This document shows positions 24,851-35,258 of a stretch of 64,000 bases of DNA, piece by piece. Within the stretch, counting starts at the first letter, position 1. Every line of letters starts with the position of its first letter. The stretch is from positions 1 to 64,000 of the IMG/VR virus record IMGVR_UViG_3300017716_002841; one strand, written 5' to 3'. The stretch is from a virus. Under the pieces are notes generated by a model. That model saw nothing but the letters and a program-made list of their open reading frames with translations. It did no database searches and was not told the DNA's origin. Made by a program: the position numbers and the translations under genes.

Positions 24851-26500
24851 ATGAGTAAAGATATATACTGGCTAAACAAGGACTCTAGAAAATTTCTAGA
24901 GAGAGACTACCTCACAAAAGATGAAACACCAGAGCAACGCATTAGAGATATTGCTGATGCTGCTGAGAGATATTTAGGTATAAAAGGCTTTGCTGATAAG
25001 TTTGAGTCTTATATGCATCGTGGCTTTTATTCTTTATCTACTCCTATCTGGAGTAATTTTGGTAGAGAGCGTGGCGCTCCTATCTCATGCTTTGGTTCTT
25101 ATATTCCAGACGATATGAATAAAATTCTCACTAAAATTGGTGAGATTGGTGCTATGTCTAAGATTGGCGGTGGTACTTCTGGTTATTTTGGCGCTATTAG
25201 ATCTCGTGGATCTGTTATTAATTCTGGCGGTACCGCTACAGGAGTTCATCATCAACTTACTGTGTTTGATTCTCTTGTTAATTATGTATCACAAGGTAAT
25301 GTACGTCGCGGTTCATTTGCTGCTTACCTTCCTATTGATCATGGTGATATTGAAGAATTTTTAGGTATTAGGGGTGAAGGTAATGATATTCAGGATTTAT
25401 CTATCGGCGTTACTATTACAGATGAATGGATGGAATCCATGACAGCTGGAGATAAAGAGAAGCGTAGAATTTGGGGCCAAGTTATCAAAAAGCGCTTTGA
25501 ATCTGGTTATCCGTATATCTTTTTTACAGATACTGCTAATAACCAAGCTCCCCAGGTATATAAAGATAAAGGTTTAAAGATTAATCATTCTAATCTTTGC
25601 ACAGAGATATTTCTTTCTAATCAGGATGATGAATCTTTTGTTTGCGATCTTTCATCTATTAATCTAGAGCGTTGGGATGATCTTAAAGATACAGATGCAA
25701 TTGAAACGCTTGTATACTTTTTAGACGCTGTAATGACAGAGTTTATTACTAAAACAGAAGGAGTGCCGTTTATGGAAGCTCCTCGCAAATTCGCTATTAA
25801 TCAACGCGCTGTTGGTGTTGGTGTCCTTGGATGGCATTCATATTTACAATCACAACTAATTGCTTTTGAATCTATGTCTGCCAAAATACTTAACAATGAA
25901 GTATTCAGCACACTACGTAAGAAGTGTGATAAGGCTTCTGAAGAACTGGCAGCTCTATTCGGAGAGCCTCCTATTCTTGAAGGATATGGTCGCCGTAATA
26001 CTACTACGATTGCTATTGCTCCTACAACTTCTAGCTCGTTTATCCTAGGTCAAGTAAGTCCTAGTATCGAACCTCTTAATAGTAATTACTTTGTTAAGGA
26101 TTTAGCTAAGGGTAAATTTACGTTTAAGAATCCTTACCTAGCTAGATATCTAAAAACTAAGGATAAAGATACACTTGAAGTATGGAAAGATGTATTATCA
26201 CACGGAGGATCAGTTCAACACTTAGATTTCTTAACTCAGGATGAAAAGGATGTATTCAAGACCTTCGGTGAGATTTCTCAGAAGGAAATTGTTATTCAAG
26301 CTGCTCAAAGACAGAAGTTTATTGATCAGGGACAGTCAATAAACCTTATGATTCCACCTACTGCAAAACCTAAAGAGGTAAGTGAGTTAATTATTTTTGC
26401 ATGGAAAGAAGGAGTCAAATCCTTGTATTATCAACGCTCTGCTAACCCAGCACAAGAACTTGCAAGAAGTATTTTGAATTGCGCATCATGTGAAGCATAA
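24851..26500 (+). CDS. nrdA: ribonucleotide reductase class I alpha subunit (no ATP-cone)
   Basis: PISCF, SNLCTEI, AIAPTTSSS, KSLYY, C-terminal CASCE. Confidence 0.95.
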   Translation: MSKDIYWLNKDSRKFLERDYLTKDETPEQRIRDIADAAERYLGIKGFADKFESYMHRGFYSLSTPIWSNFGRERGAPISCFGSYIPDDMNKILTKIGEIGAMSKIGGGTSGYFGAIRSRGSVINSGGTATGVHHQLTVFDSLVNYVSQGNVRRGSFAAYLPIDHGDIEEFLGIRGEGNDIQDLSIGVTITDEWMESMTAGDKEKRRIWGQVIKKRFESGYPYIFFTDTANNQAPQVYKDKGLKINHSNLCTEIFLSNQDDESFVCDLSSINLERWDDLKDTDAIETLVYFLDAVMTEFITKTEGVPFMEAPRKFAINQRAVGVGVLGWHSYLQSQLIAFESMSAKILNNEVFSTLRKKCDKASEELAALFGEPPILEGYGRRNTTTIAIAPTTSSSFILGQVSPSIEPLNSNYFVKDLAKGKFTFKNPYLARYLKTKDKDTLEVWKDVLSHGGSVQHLDFLTQDEKDVFKTFGEISQKEIVIQAAQRQKFIDQGQSINLMIPPTAKPKEVSELIIFAWKEGVKSLYYQRSANPAQELARSILNCASCEA

Positions 26501-26515
26501 CGATTAAATAATTTT

Positions 26516-27163
26516 ATGAAGTGGAAATATAATCTAAACGAGGTAAATGGAGCAGGTGAAGATGATATCGATAGTAAGACTCAACAAATCTTTATTAACA
26601 CAGGCGGATCCAGTAGTCAGCTAAGTAGTAATATAAGAGTAGTTGAGAATACGATTTTCTTTTATTCTGATATAACAGAACAATCCGCTTTAGATCTTAA
26701 TTGCATTTTATATGAACTTGACGCTAAACTTAAAAATACATATAACTTTTTAGGTCCTGATTTTGTTCCACATATTAAGTTACGAATTAATTCCTACGGT
26801 GGATCTGTATTTGCAGGTATGGCTATACTCGACACTATTAGGAACCTTAAATCAGAAGTTCATACTTATATCGATGGTGCTGCTGCTTCTGCAGCGACGA
26901 TCATTTCTGTAGCTGGTAAGAAGCGTTATATCGGTAAGAACTCCCTTATGCTTATTCATCAACTATCAGCTGGTAGTTATGGTAAGTTTTCTGAAATGGA
27001 AGACGATATGGAAAATAATCGTCGTATCATGAAGATGATTAAGGACATTTATAAACAATATACTAAGGTACCAATGAAACAAATAGATGAGATATTAAAG
27101 CATGATCTTTGGTTTGAGTCATCGAAGTGTATAGAACTTGGTCTAGTGGATCAAGTTCTATAA
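26516..27163 (+). CDS. clpP: ClpP-like serine protease
   Basis: INSYGGSV, AASAAT, LIHQ, HDLWF...ELGLVD. Confidence 0.85.
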   Translation: MKWKYNLNEVNGAGEDDIDSKTQQIFINTGGSSSQLSSNIRVVENTIFFYSDITEQSALDLNCILYELDAKLKNTYNFLGPDFVPHIKLRINSYGGSVFAGMAILDTIRNLKSEVHTYIDGAAASAATIISVAGKKRYIGKNSLMLIHQLSAGSYGKFSEMEDDMENNRRIMKMIKDIYKQYTKVPMKQIDEILKHDLWFESSKCIELGLVDQVL

Positions 27164-27197
27164 TATTTACAGTCTCATTGTAGTATGTTTAATCTGG

Positions 27198-27229
27198 GTA
27201 GTTCAGAGTCTCAAGCAACTCTGAACTAC
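27198..27229. terminator. hairpin between convergent genes
   Basis: gtagttcagagt/actctgaactac 12-bp stem. Confidence 0.7.
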
Positions 27230-27253
27230 TGCCATCACCACTGACGTTAAAAG

Positions 27254-29041
27254 TTAGGCACCAAAGTCAGGAACTTTTATCGGCTTCTTAAACTCATGCC
27301 GCTGCTCCTGTGACATTATTGGAATATCAACAGAATTAATACCTTCCTTTGTAGCTAAATTTCTCATGTTTTTATTACTACGAGTAAGTCTGAGAGGTAT
27401 ATTATGAAAGTGGTGTGAGTGGTCATACACTTTTAGCGAGTTAGGTGTTGCAACACCATACACTGGTATAATACTTCCAGACCCGTATATATCGACACAT
27501 ATGGTGACGGAGCTTGAGGTATCTACATAATTACCATCTACATCGTAGTAATAAGAAGATGCAGTTCCACTTCCACAGCCAGAACCTATATAAGTGCTTG
27601 GATCTAAATACGCATATCCTATTTCATAATCAGCAATAATCTCACCAAACACTTTCGTGTGTAATGTTTCTTGTACTTCAACAGGCGCGGTTATATGATT
27701 AACATATAATTCGCCTTCAATAAAGGCTCCTCCACCCACTATTATATTCTTTAGTACACCAAAAGCACCATCAACATAAACCTGACGCTCAGATCTAAAT
27801 TGTATTTTCTTTGCGTATATATCGACATGACTCTCACTACCGATAGAAATGCCAGCATCAGCTGCCATATCAATCTTTATACCAGTTACCTTAACGTAAG
27901 AACCATTAAGCGATATTGATCCAGATGTTTTAATTTGAACGCCACCTGAACCCACTAACACATTATAACGGTTACCGACAGCTAGAGTATAATTACCGCA
28001 AGGAAAGTTCGATTCATTTTCCACCTCTTCTACATGACGTACATAATCATGATGTTTAAATACACGATCCTCACTTACACCAACTTCTGTTGGCTGTAAT
28101 CGACCTATTTCATCGACACGTACAGATGGGTAATCGTTAAATGTTGCTCCAATATTTTCAACTTTATGTCGCTTTGTGAATAGTATGTCATCACCACCAT
28201 TACCCATTCTTTTTTCTATAGGATTTAATTTAGATTGTGCTCCCTGTAATAAACCAGCAATAATTGGAGCGTTTGGCTTTGATGGACAACCCCAGCCTTC
28301 AGTAGCACTAGCTATTGCTGCTCCTTGCTCCAATATACCGGGGGCAGATGTACCCTCACCAGCGCCAAACGCTTGTACAATATTTGGTATTGTAGGAGAT
28401 TTAGGAATAGCAGGATCTGTATATGTAGGTCCTACTAATTCTTCATAGTAAGAAACACCATCATAATTATTATAAACACGCGCTACACTAGCAGGTACGA
28501 TTCCCTCTTCTTCAGGTAGACTCGCTCCTGTTTCTGGCAGAACAACATATCCATAAAAATCATTCTCTACAGCCTCAGCAGAATATGTTAAATCAGGATT
28601 AGGTCCAGAGCCGCTACGCGGAGTTTCAACGCCATTTGGATGAGATTGACCTCCTCGTTGAACTTCAAACTTAGAGTTTTCTTCTGCAATAGGTCTATAG
28701 ACTTCTTTCCACTCATTATAAGCCGCTATAGCATCGTCGTCTTCAAACCCCTTTATTTCATAATTATTTTCTACCGTGCGTAGGTTTCTATCTTTACCTA
28801 TAAAGGTATTTTGCGTATTACCTATAGTTCTATACTCATCATAAACAATTTTCGTCTGTTTATTATTTGAAGCGAGCTCACTATTGACAGTATTATTAAG
28901 TGTAATATTAGAGCCGTCAAACTGTGATATCTTAACCTCTTCTCTACCTGTTGAATTATTAATCTCAACAGTTCCGCCGCGTTGATTAATAATAAATTTA
29001 TTCTTATATTCTAAATTAGATGATTCTGAACCTACAGGCAT
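27254..29041 (-). CDS. baseplate hub/needle protein (gp5 C-terminal-like)
   Basis: beta-helix-type repeats, HSHHFH near C-terminus; downstream of the gp5 OB gene. Confidence 0.65.
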   Translation of the reverse strand: MPVGSESSNLEYKNKFIINQRGGTVEINNSTGREEVKISQFDGSNITLNNTVNSELASNNKQTKIVYDEYRTIGNTQNTFIGKDRNLRTVENNYEIKGFEDDDAIAAYNEWKEVYRPIAEENSKFEVQRGGQSHPNGVETPRSGSGPNPDLTYSAEAVENDFYGYVVLPETGASLPEEEGIVPASVARVYNNYDGVSYYEELVGPTYTDPAIPKSPTIPNIVQAFGAGEGTSAPGILEQGAAIASATEGWGCPSKPNAPIIAGLLQGAQSKLNPIEKRMGNGGDDILFTKRHKVENIGATFNDYPSVRVDEIGRLQPTEVGVSEDRVFKHHDYVRHVEEVENESNFPCGNYTLAVGNRYNVLVGSGGVQIKTSGSISLNGSYVKVTGIKIDMAADAGISIGSESHVDIYAKKIQFRSERQVYVDGAFGVLKNIIVGGGAFIEGELYVNHITAPVEVQETLHTKVFGEIIADYEIGYAYLDPSTYIGSGCGSGTASSYYYDVDGNYVDTSSSVTICVDIYGSGSIIPVYGVATPNSLKVYDHSHHFHNIPLRLTRSNKNMRNLATKEGINSVDIPIMSQEQRHEFKKPIKVPDFGA

Positions 29042-29046
29042 ATTTG

Positions 29047-29829
29047 TTATTCGTTAAGTTGGGTCTCTGTTTTAGCAGCATTTTCAAATAATGTTGGATA
29101 ATCTAAGTTTACCATATCATGTAAATCACTTGTACCGGCATCATTCTGGTCAAGATTATTTATTAAGCTCGTATCTCTAAAATCCTGTCTTACTCCAAAA
29201 TAAACAGGAAAGTTTATATCACCGCCATAATGAAAGATCCATACTTTAGAACCTACAGATGGTACGGAGAAGCTACCACTAGATTTATTTACGTGATTGG
29301 ATGGTCTCGCTTCATAACTATATGGGTTAATATTATTTGTGTATGTGTTTTTTCCTGTGAACTGAGAGCTAATAAATCTATCACCCAAGCATGTGTCCCT
29401 TCTTTCATAAAGGTATGAAGCAGCAAAATATCCGCTTTGAAAGGATGGAATTCTATCGCCATCAACAAATGCTTCTTTATAATTAGATCCATTAACAATT
29501 GCTTTTTCTTCTGGTGATTGATATCTACCAGGTCCGCTCTCACCTAGTACAGGAAAACAAGGCTCTGCCCACGGTAAAAGTTTAGCAATTTTTTCAAACT
29601 CGCCTACCTCGTTCCAACTATCATGTTCGTTATTTTTACCAGGAAACTTGACTGAAAAGTTCTTATATTTTAGTAACCACTCAGCAATGGGTTGATTTGA
29701 TAATTCTGGTATATAAACTTTAACTCTATGTAAATGATTCGGATCATTATTTTTTACCACAATGCCTTTATAGAATGATTGATCAACCCTATTGTATTCT
29801 TGTGAATCATCTACACCTCGTACAAACAT
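29047..29829 (-). CDS. baseplate protein with gp5/Vgr OB-fold
   Basis: YKGIVVKNNDP..LHRVKVYIP, LPWAEP, SVPSVGSKVWIF..GGD..FPVYFG. Confidence 0.8.
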   Translation of the reverse strand: MFVRGVDDSQEYNRVDQSFYKGIVVKNNDPNHLHRVKVYIPELSNQPIAEWLLKYKNFSVKFPGKNNEHDSWNEVGEFEKIAKLLPWAEPCFPVLGESGPGRYQSPEEKAIVNGSNYKEAFVDGDRIPSFQSGYFAASYLYERRDTCLGDRFISSQFTGKNTYTNNINPYSYEARPSNHVNKSSGSFSVPSVGSKVWIFHYGGDINFPVYFGVRQDFRDTSLINNLDQNDAGTSDLHDMVNLDYPTLFENAAKTETQLNE

Positions 29830-29879
29830 ATAAAGTATTTATGCTTGAATTTAATAAGGAACTATATTATAATAATATT

Positions 29880-30683
29880 ATGTTGGTATCTCATGAGTCT
29901 CCTATTTCAATTCTAGATCATTCTAGGCACTATAACGATTACGAATATGCTCTCGTGCATTTATTTGAAACCCATCCTAAGTATTATAACTTCTTTAAAA
30001 CGTCCCTCTCACTAGGACGTGAGGTAATGCTCGACAATTCTATCTTCGAATTAGGTACAGCGTTTGATAGTGAAAAGTTTGCTGAGTATATTTACGAGCT
30101 TAAACCTACATACTATATTGTACCAGATGTTTTGGAAGAAGGTAAAGCCACTATGACATCCTTTTGGAGCTTTATAACTAAGTATGAGGATCTTCCAGGT
30201 CTTAAAGTAGGTGTTGTTCAAGGTAAGACATATGATGAGCTTATTGCATGTTATGAGTTTATGGTAGGTTATGCTGACTATATTGCAATTTCATTTGATT
30301 ATTCTTATTATCAGATCATAGGTAGAGCTACAAGTGATGATCCTGAACGAGCAAAACTAGAGCGAATGTGTGATGGTCGTCAGAAGCTTATTAATATGTT
30401 AATTGCTGATGGTATTTGGGATCATACAAAGCCTCACCATCTCTTAGGTTGTTCACTAGCGAAAGAGTTTAGTCATTATGCAAATATTAAGAGTATTCGT
30501 AGTGTGGATACTTCCAACCCCGTTGTAGCGGGAATTGTTGGTCAGCGATATCTTAAAGAGATCGGACTATATAACAAGCCTAAGGTACTTCTTGCTGATC
30601 TTATTGATGCAGAATTAACTGCAGATCAGATGAACGATGTAATTTATAACGTAGAGGAATTTAAAAATATTTGTAACGCATGA
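29880..30683 (+). CDS. TGT-fold protein (phage DpdA-like 7-deazaguanine insertion enzyme)
   Basis: LDNSIFELG, IVPDVL, GVVQG, HHLLGC, RSVDTSNP; adjacent to queF. Confidence 0.7.
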   Translation: MLVSHESPISILDHSRHYNDYEYALVHLFETHPKYYNFFKTSLSLGREVMLDNSIFELGTAFDSEKFAEYIYELKPTYYIVPDVLEEGKATMTSFWSFITKYEDLPGLKVGVVQGKTYDELIACYEFMVGYADYIAISFDYSYYQIIGRATSDDPERAKLERMCDGRQKLINMLIADGIWDHTKPHHLLGCSLAKEFSHYANIKSIRSVDTSNPVVAGIVGQRYLKEIGLYNKPKVLLADLIDAELTADQMNDVIYNVEEFKNICNA

Positions 30684-31237
30684 AAGATATCTCCTGGCTA
30701 GCACTCTTTTCACAAACAGGTTCTGAGATTGCTAATATCTCAGATAAACTAGGCATTAAGCCGAGTAAAATTTTAACTGATAACTCTGATATAACTAGAC
30801 ACGATAAACGGATTACAGAAAGTACATTTTGGTGTGTTAAGGGTAATACATATGAGCAAAAGTTAGATTATTACCGACAACTCTTTAAGAATTATGATAT
30901 TATTACTTTGCATGGATGGCTTAATATTATTCCTAAAGAAATTTGTAGAGAATTTACAATTTACAATGGTCACCCAGGGCTTATTAATCTTTACTCCGAT
31001 TTAAAAGGAAAGGATCCTCAAGTTAGAGCTTATGATAGAATTGGTGAATATTTGTATGTTGGGAGTGTTATCCATGAAGTTACGGAGTATATTGATTGCG
31101 GTCGTATTATTTGTGATGCTAAGGTATCTAATGTTCATTGTGAAGCGTTAGATGATATGTATGATATTTTAAAAGAAACTTCTCTAACTACATGGATTGA
31201 TTTCTTTACAAACAAACGTTATAATACAGTATGTTAA
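30680..31237 (+). CDS. PurN-like formyltransferase (DpdN-like)
   Basis: LFSQTGSE, LHGWLNII, YNGHPG, GSVIHEV...DCG. Confidence 0.8.
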   Translation: MKDISWLALFSQTGSEIANISDKLGIKPSKILTDNSDITRHDKRITESTFWCVKGNTYEQKLDYYRQLFKNYDIITLHGWLNIIPKEICREFTIYNGHPGLINLYSDLKGKDPQVRAYDRIGEYLYVGSVIHEVTEYIDCGRIICDAKVSNVHCEALDDMYDILKETSLTTWIDFFTNKRYNTVC

Positions 31238-31824
31238 TTTCTTTTTCTGGAGCGCAGAGTACAGGTAAGAGCACTCTACTCAAGTTGTGTCAAGATATGA
31301 TTCCAGAGTGGAATTATATTCCTGAGATTACACGACTTGTGAAGAGGGAGTATGATCTACCAATTAACGAGAGTGGTAATGATATAACACAAATGATGAT
31401 CACGGGTGAGCATTTACGAAATGCATATACTAAGCGAGATGTACCTACTATTCTTGATAGATGTTCGTTAGATGGGTTAGTGTATACTCACTGGTTGTGT
31501 GATCATGGAAATGTCTCTATGGGTGCTTACAATCATGCTCGTTGGACATTTGACAATACTATCAACAAGTATGATCTTATTGTATATACCCAGCCTGAAG
31601 ATGTACCGGTAGATAATGATGGTGAACGAAGTATCAATGTTGAATTTAGAAATCAAATAATTGAACTGTTTGAAAGTTATATGGCAAGTATTCCTCCTAC
31701 TAAACTTCTTCGTGTTGCAGGCCCGGTAAAAGAACGAATGACATTTATAATGCTTCAGTTTGAATTAATGGGATTAAACACAATGTACAATAGAGACTTG
31801 CATCCTTATAAAAATAAACTATAA
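31231..31824 (+). CDS. P-loop nucleotide kinase (AAA_28/NadR-like)
   Basis: GAQSTGKST, LDRCSLD, DGERS. Confidence 0.8.
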   Translation: MLISFSGAQSTGKSTLLKLCQDMIPEWNYIPEITRLVKREYDLPINESGNDITQMMITGEHLRNAYTKRDVPTILDRCSLDGLVYTHWLCDHGNVSMGAYNHARWTFDNTINKYDLIVYTQPEDVPVDNDGERSINVEFRNQIIELFESYMASIPPTKLLRVAGPVKERMTFIMLQFELMGLNTMYNRDLHPYKNKL

Positions 31825-31830
31825 TAATTT

Positions 31831-32781
31831 ATGGCAGCAAAAAAGAAAAAAACAGAATTAGATAATTCCAGAATTAGTAAGCATCTCGGTCAATCATCAG
31901 AATATAAGAGTTCTTATGATCCATCTTTATTAGTTCGCGAACCTCGACAATCAAATAGAACTCACCTTAATCTCGAAGACAATAATCTTCCGTTTGTAGG
32001 TTATGATACTTGGAATGCCTACGAGGTGTCTGGATTAACTAATTTTGGCTTACCTGTTGTAGGAATTGCAAAAATTGTATACCCGTGCGATAGTAAGTAC
32101 ATTGTTGAGTCGAAATCGCATAAGTTATATTTTAATACATTTAATATGACGAAGCTTGGTGATACTGCGCAAGAAGTTCTTAATGAAATTAGTGCTCGTG
32201 TTACAAAGGATTTATCTGAGTTACTTGAATGTAGTGTTCGTGTTACTGTTGCTAGTAACGAATATGTATTAAGTGAAAATACATCTGCATATACTGAATG
32301 GGGTCACGATCAGAAGCTTCTACGTCAACGTTCATATATTACTCTCGAAGAAGAGTATCCTATTGATAGTGTAGAGTTTAGTGTTTATAATGAAACACCT
32401 GAGCTGCTTGAAGTGTTGGTCTCCGAAGTACATGACGTATACTATCATAGTGCGTTGCTTAAATCAAACTGCAGAGTAACCTCACAACCTGATTGGGGCG
32501 ATGTCTATATTCATATGTCTGGTCCCAAGACTGTTGACCCTATTTCACTTCTAAAGTATATTATCTCTTTTAGAGATGAATGTCATTTTCATGAAGAAAT
32601 TTGCGAAACTATTTATAAGCGCCTTTTAGATATTGTACAGCCTGAAGCTCTTGTGGTACGTTGTTTGTATGCTCGGCGAGGCGGTTTGGATATTAACCCT
32701 GAACGTGCTTCACATAAGAGCTTACTTCATTACACTCTAAGCGATAGCTCGGTGCCTCATATTAAGACTCCAAAGCAATAA
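31831..32781 (+). CDS. queF: NADPH-dependent preQ0 reductase (two-domain type)
   Basis: YDPSLL, W.AYEVS, IVESKS.KLYFN, LKSNCRVTSQPDWG, HFHEEICE, YARRGGLDINP. Confidence 0.92.
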   Translation: MAAKKKKTELDNSRISKHLGQSSEYKSSYDPSLLVREPRQSNRTHLNLEDNNLPFVGYDTWNAYEVSGLTNFGLPVVGIAKIVYPCDSKYIVESKSHKLYFNTFNMTKLGDTAQEVLNEISARVTKDLSELLECSVRVTVASNEYVLSENTSAYTEWGHDQKLLRQRSYITLEEEYPIDSVEFSVYNETPELLEVLVSEVHDVYYHSALLKSNCRVTSQPDWGDVYIHMSGPKTVDPISLLKYIISFRDECHFHEEICETIYKRLLDIVQPEALVVRCLYARRGGLDINPERASHKSLLHYTLSDSSVPHIKTPKQ

Positions 32782-32794
32782 TTCTTATTATTTT

Positions 32795-32832
32795 AAAAAA
32801 ACCCCGATACTGTAAAGTATCGGGGTTTTTTT
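32795..32832 (+). terminator. intrinsic terminator
   Basis: ccccgatac/gtatcgggg stem flanked by A and T runs. Confidence 0.9.
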
Positions 32833-32853
32833 ATCTGAAGATTAAATAAAGAT

Positions 32854-33177
32854 ATGGCAGCAGTTCCAACAACTAATAACGGTTCAACTTTTTATAATCA
32901 GAACGACTGTAGATCGTTTAAACAGTCTATCGGTACAGCATTAGTGCAGCTTTCATCTTACCCTTGTTCAGAGGTTATTATTACAAATAAAACAGGTGTT
33001 AATGTTACCATATTTGATAATGGGTACAACAATGCACTTAACTCAATGCTATTAAGTAATAATGATACGTATACATTTAGAGGGATAACAAATACATCGG
33101 TTGTATCAGCTAGTGCAGCATCTACCGGTGATATATACTTTAGAACACAATACTTTAGTGTCTTACCACAAAGGTAA
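32854..33177 (+). CDS. virion structural protein
   Basis: TAAATA upstream; S/T/N-rich beta protein. Confidence 0.65.
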   Translation: MAAVPTTNNGSTFYNQNDCRSFKQSIGTALVQLSSYPCSEVIITNKTGVNVTIFDNGYNNALNSMLLSNNDTYTFRGITNTSVVSASAASTGDIYFRTQYFSVLPQR

Positions 33178-33210
33178 TTGCATTAATTAGAGTTTGACTA
33201 AATATACTAA

Positions 33211-35232
33211 ATGAGACTGTTTAGCGAAAAGGTAGTACCTACCTTTACTAGCTCTAACCAGAACATCTTAATTATTAAAGATTTCAAAGAAGTCTTTTTT
33301 GATGTTTATGAGTTAGAGATAAACGGAAGTAAATACATAGCAGAGAAGGTTTCTGAATATAAAGGAAATCCTGTAGTAAATATTCCTATAGTAATTGAGG
33401 GTAGAGAATTGGAAGCTCCGTTTGTAATACAACGTGGTGAATTTGAAGTTATTTTTAACGAGTCAAATTCTACCTTTATAAAGGTGGCTTCTGATAAACC
33501 AGAAGAAGTCTTTATTGAAGAAAAAAGTAGAGAAGAAGAAGTAGAAGAAATTATCTTTGAAAAGAAGGAGTCTATTTTAGAGGAAATAAAACAAGCTAGA
33601 CAAGCTGCAACTAGATTTGCAGATGCTATTCAGCAAAGAAATTTAAGTCGACTAGAAGAACGTGGTAATAGAGAACAAGAAGTTTTTGTTGAGTCTACTG
33701 AAAATTTTAAAAAGGTTCTTTTAGAAGAATTTTTAGGTGTAGCGGAGAATGCACGTGAAGAATTATTTACTTACACTCAGCAAGAAAATGCAAAAACGTA
33801 TGATTATATTACAGATACTATTACACAGTTAGCAGAAAAGCTTACACACGATTTAAATAACGAAGTTACTGCACATAATGAGAACGCGGTTAAATTATTC
33901 GAAAATAATATTTCATCTTTAGCTAAGAACATATTAACTGATAAGTTACTTAAAAAAATTGCTACGAATAATATTGAGAATAATAAAGCTTTAGATATTA
34001 AGTTTGAAACAGTATCTAAAACACTTGCTAAGGTTCTCGGTGATTACGAAGTTCAGCTAGATGAGAAGATAAAAGCAGCTTTAAATAGCTACGAATCACA
34101 CATCATAACACTAGAGCAGTCAAATATTGAGCTTAATGATTCTATTACTAAAAGTTCAAATAAGGCTTTAAGCCGTATCGGTAATATTAAGACTCAGTTA
34201 GAGGAATCTATAACTAATATATCTTCCGAATTAACAGATAAGATTACTTTAGCTGAAGTCAAGATTAAAGACTATTACGATGAACGTATAAATTTAATTG
34301 AAGATAGTGTTACAGATATTGCTGCATCTGATAAGGCTCATATATTAGAGCTTATAGAAGAGAGCAAGCAGTCTATATTAAGAGAGGTATCATTAATTAA
34401 AGGTACGGTTCCAGCTTTAGTAACTGAAAAGACCTTGGAGACCAAGGGAGACGTCGATGTAAAAAAGATTAAGACAGACTTAGAGAAATCTATTTCAAAT
34501 AGGTTTACACAAGAGCTCGCTAACGTCCGACGTATTATAGAGCTATCTTCAGGTGGTGGTTCTGTAGCTCAACAGTTTGCTAACGGTGGTACAATGAACG
34601 GTACCTTAAACGTTACAGGGCAATACCTTTCCGGGGGTGTAGATTTATATGATATTATAGCAAACAGTGGAGATATAGTAGTGGATACACTAGTACGCTC
34701 CAGTAGTGGTAACTGGAATAACGCGTATAATACTAGTGTTGTTTATCAATCTAATAGCGCAACATATTCTACTATAGATTTTGTAAATTCTAAATTCTTT
34801 CCTCTATCTGGAGGAACAATTACCGGAGACACACGCTTTAATAGTAATGTAACTATATTTGGTAATCTTACTACTACAGGTACAACTACATTCGCCAATA
34901 CGGTATTCTCTGTCACCAGTGCTTTAAGTGTAGTACATATTGGCGCTGGACCTGCTGTATGGGTAGGTAATTTTGGAACAGGTGATATTGCTTCCTTTTA
35001 CGATATAGATCAAAACGTAGAAATACTTCATGTCGGTGGTATAAACTCTACTTACCCTAACGTAGGTATTAAAACATCATCACCAAATAAGACGTTTACT
35101 GTAGTAGGTGAGATATCAGCAACATCTGACATTACAACTAGCGGTAATATATATGGTAACGATATATATTCTAATAATTTTAAACTGGCATCAGAAAATT
35201 TTGCTATAGCTATGGCTATTGCTTTAGGATAA
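33211..35232 (+). CDS. fibre protein with long N-terminal coiled coil
   Basis: About 450 aa E/K/L-rich helix, GGGS, fibre repeats (GGTMNG, LSGGTITG), C-terminal FAIAMAIALG. Confidence 0.7.
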   Translation: MRLFSEKVVPTFTSSNQNILIIKDFKEVFFDVYELEINGSKYIAEKVSEYKGNPVVNIPIVIEGRELEAPFVIQRGEFEVIFNESNSTFIKVASDKPEEVFIEEKSREEEVEEIIFEKKESILEEIKQARQAATRFADAIQQRNLSRLEERGNREQEVFVESTENFKKVLLEEFLGVAENAREELFTYTQQENAKTYDYITDTITQLAEKLTHDLNNEVTAHNENAVKLFENNISSLAKNILTDKLLKKIATNNIENNKALDIKFETVSKTLAKVLGDYEVQLDEKIKAALNSYESHIITLEQSNIELNDSITKSSNKALSRIGNIKTQLEESITNISSELTDKITLAEVKIKDYYDERINLIEDSVTDIAASDKAHILELIEESKQSILREVSLIKGTVPALVTEKTLETKGDVDVKKIKTDLEKSISNRFTQELANVRRIIELSSGGGSVAQQFANGGTMNGTLNVTGQYLSGGVDLYDIIANSGDIVVDTLVRSSSGNWNNAYNTSVVYQSNSATYSTIDFVNSKFFPLSGGTITGDTRFNSNVTIFGNLTTTGTTTFANTVFSVTSALSVVHIGAGPAVWVGNFGTGDIASFYDIDQNVEILHVGGINSTYPNVGIKTSSPNKTFTVVGEISATSDITTSGNIYGNDIYSNNFKLASENFAIAMAIALG

Positions 35233-35258
35233 CATACAATTAAAACTGAGAAATATAG

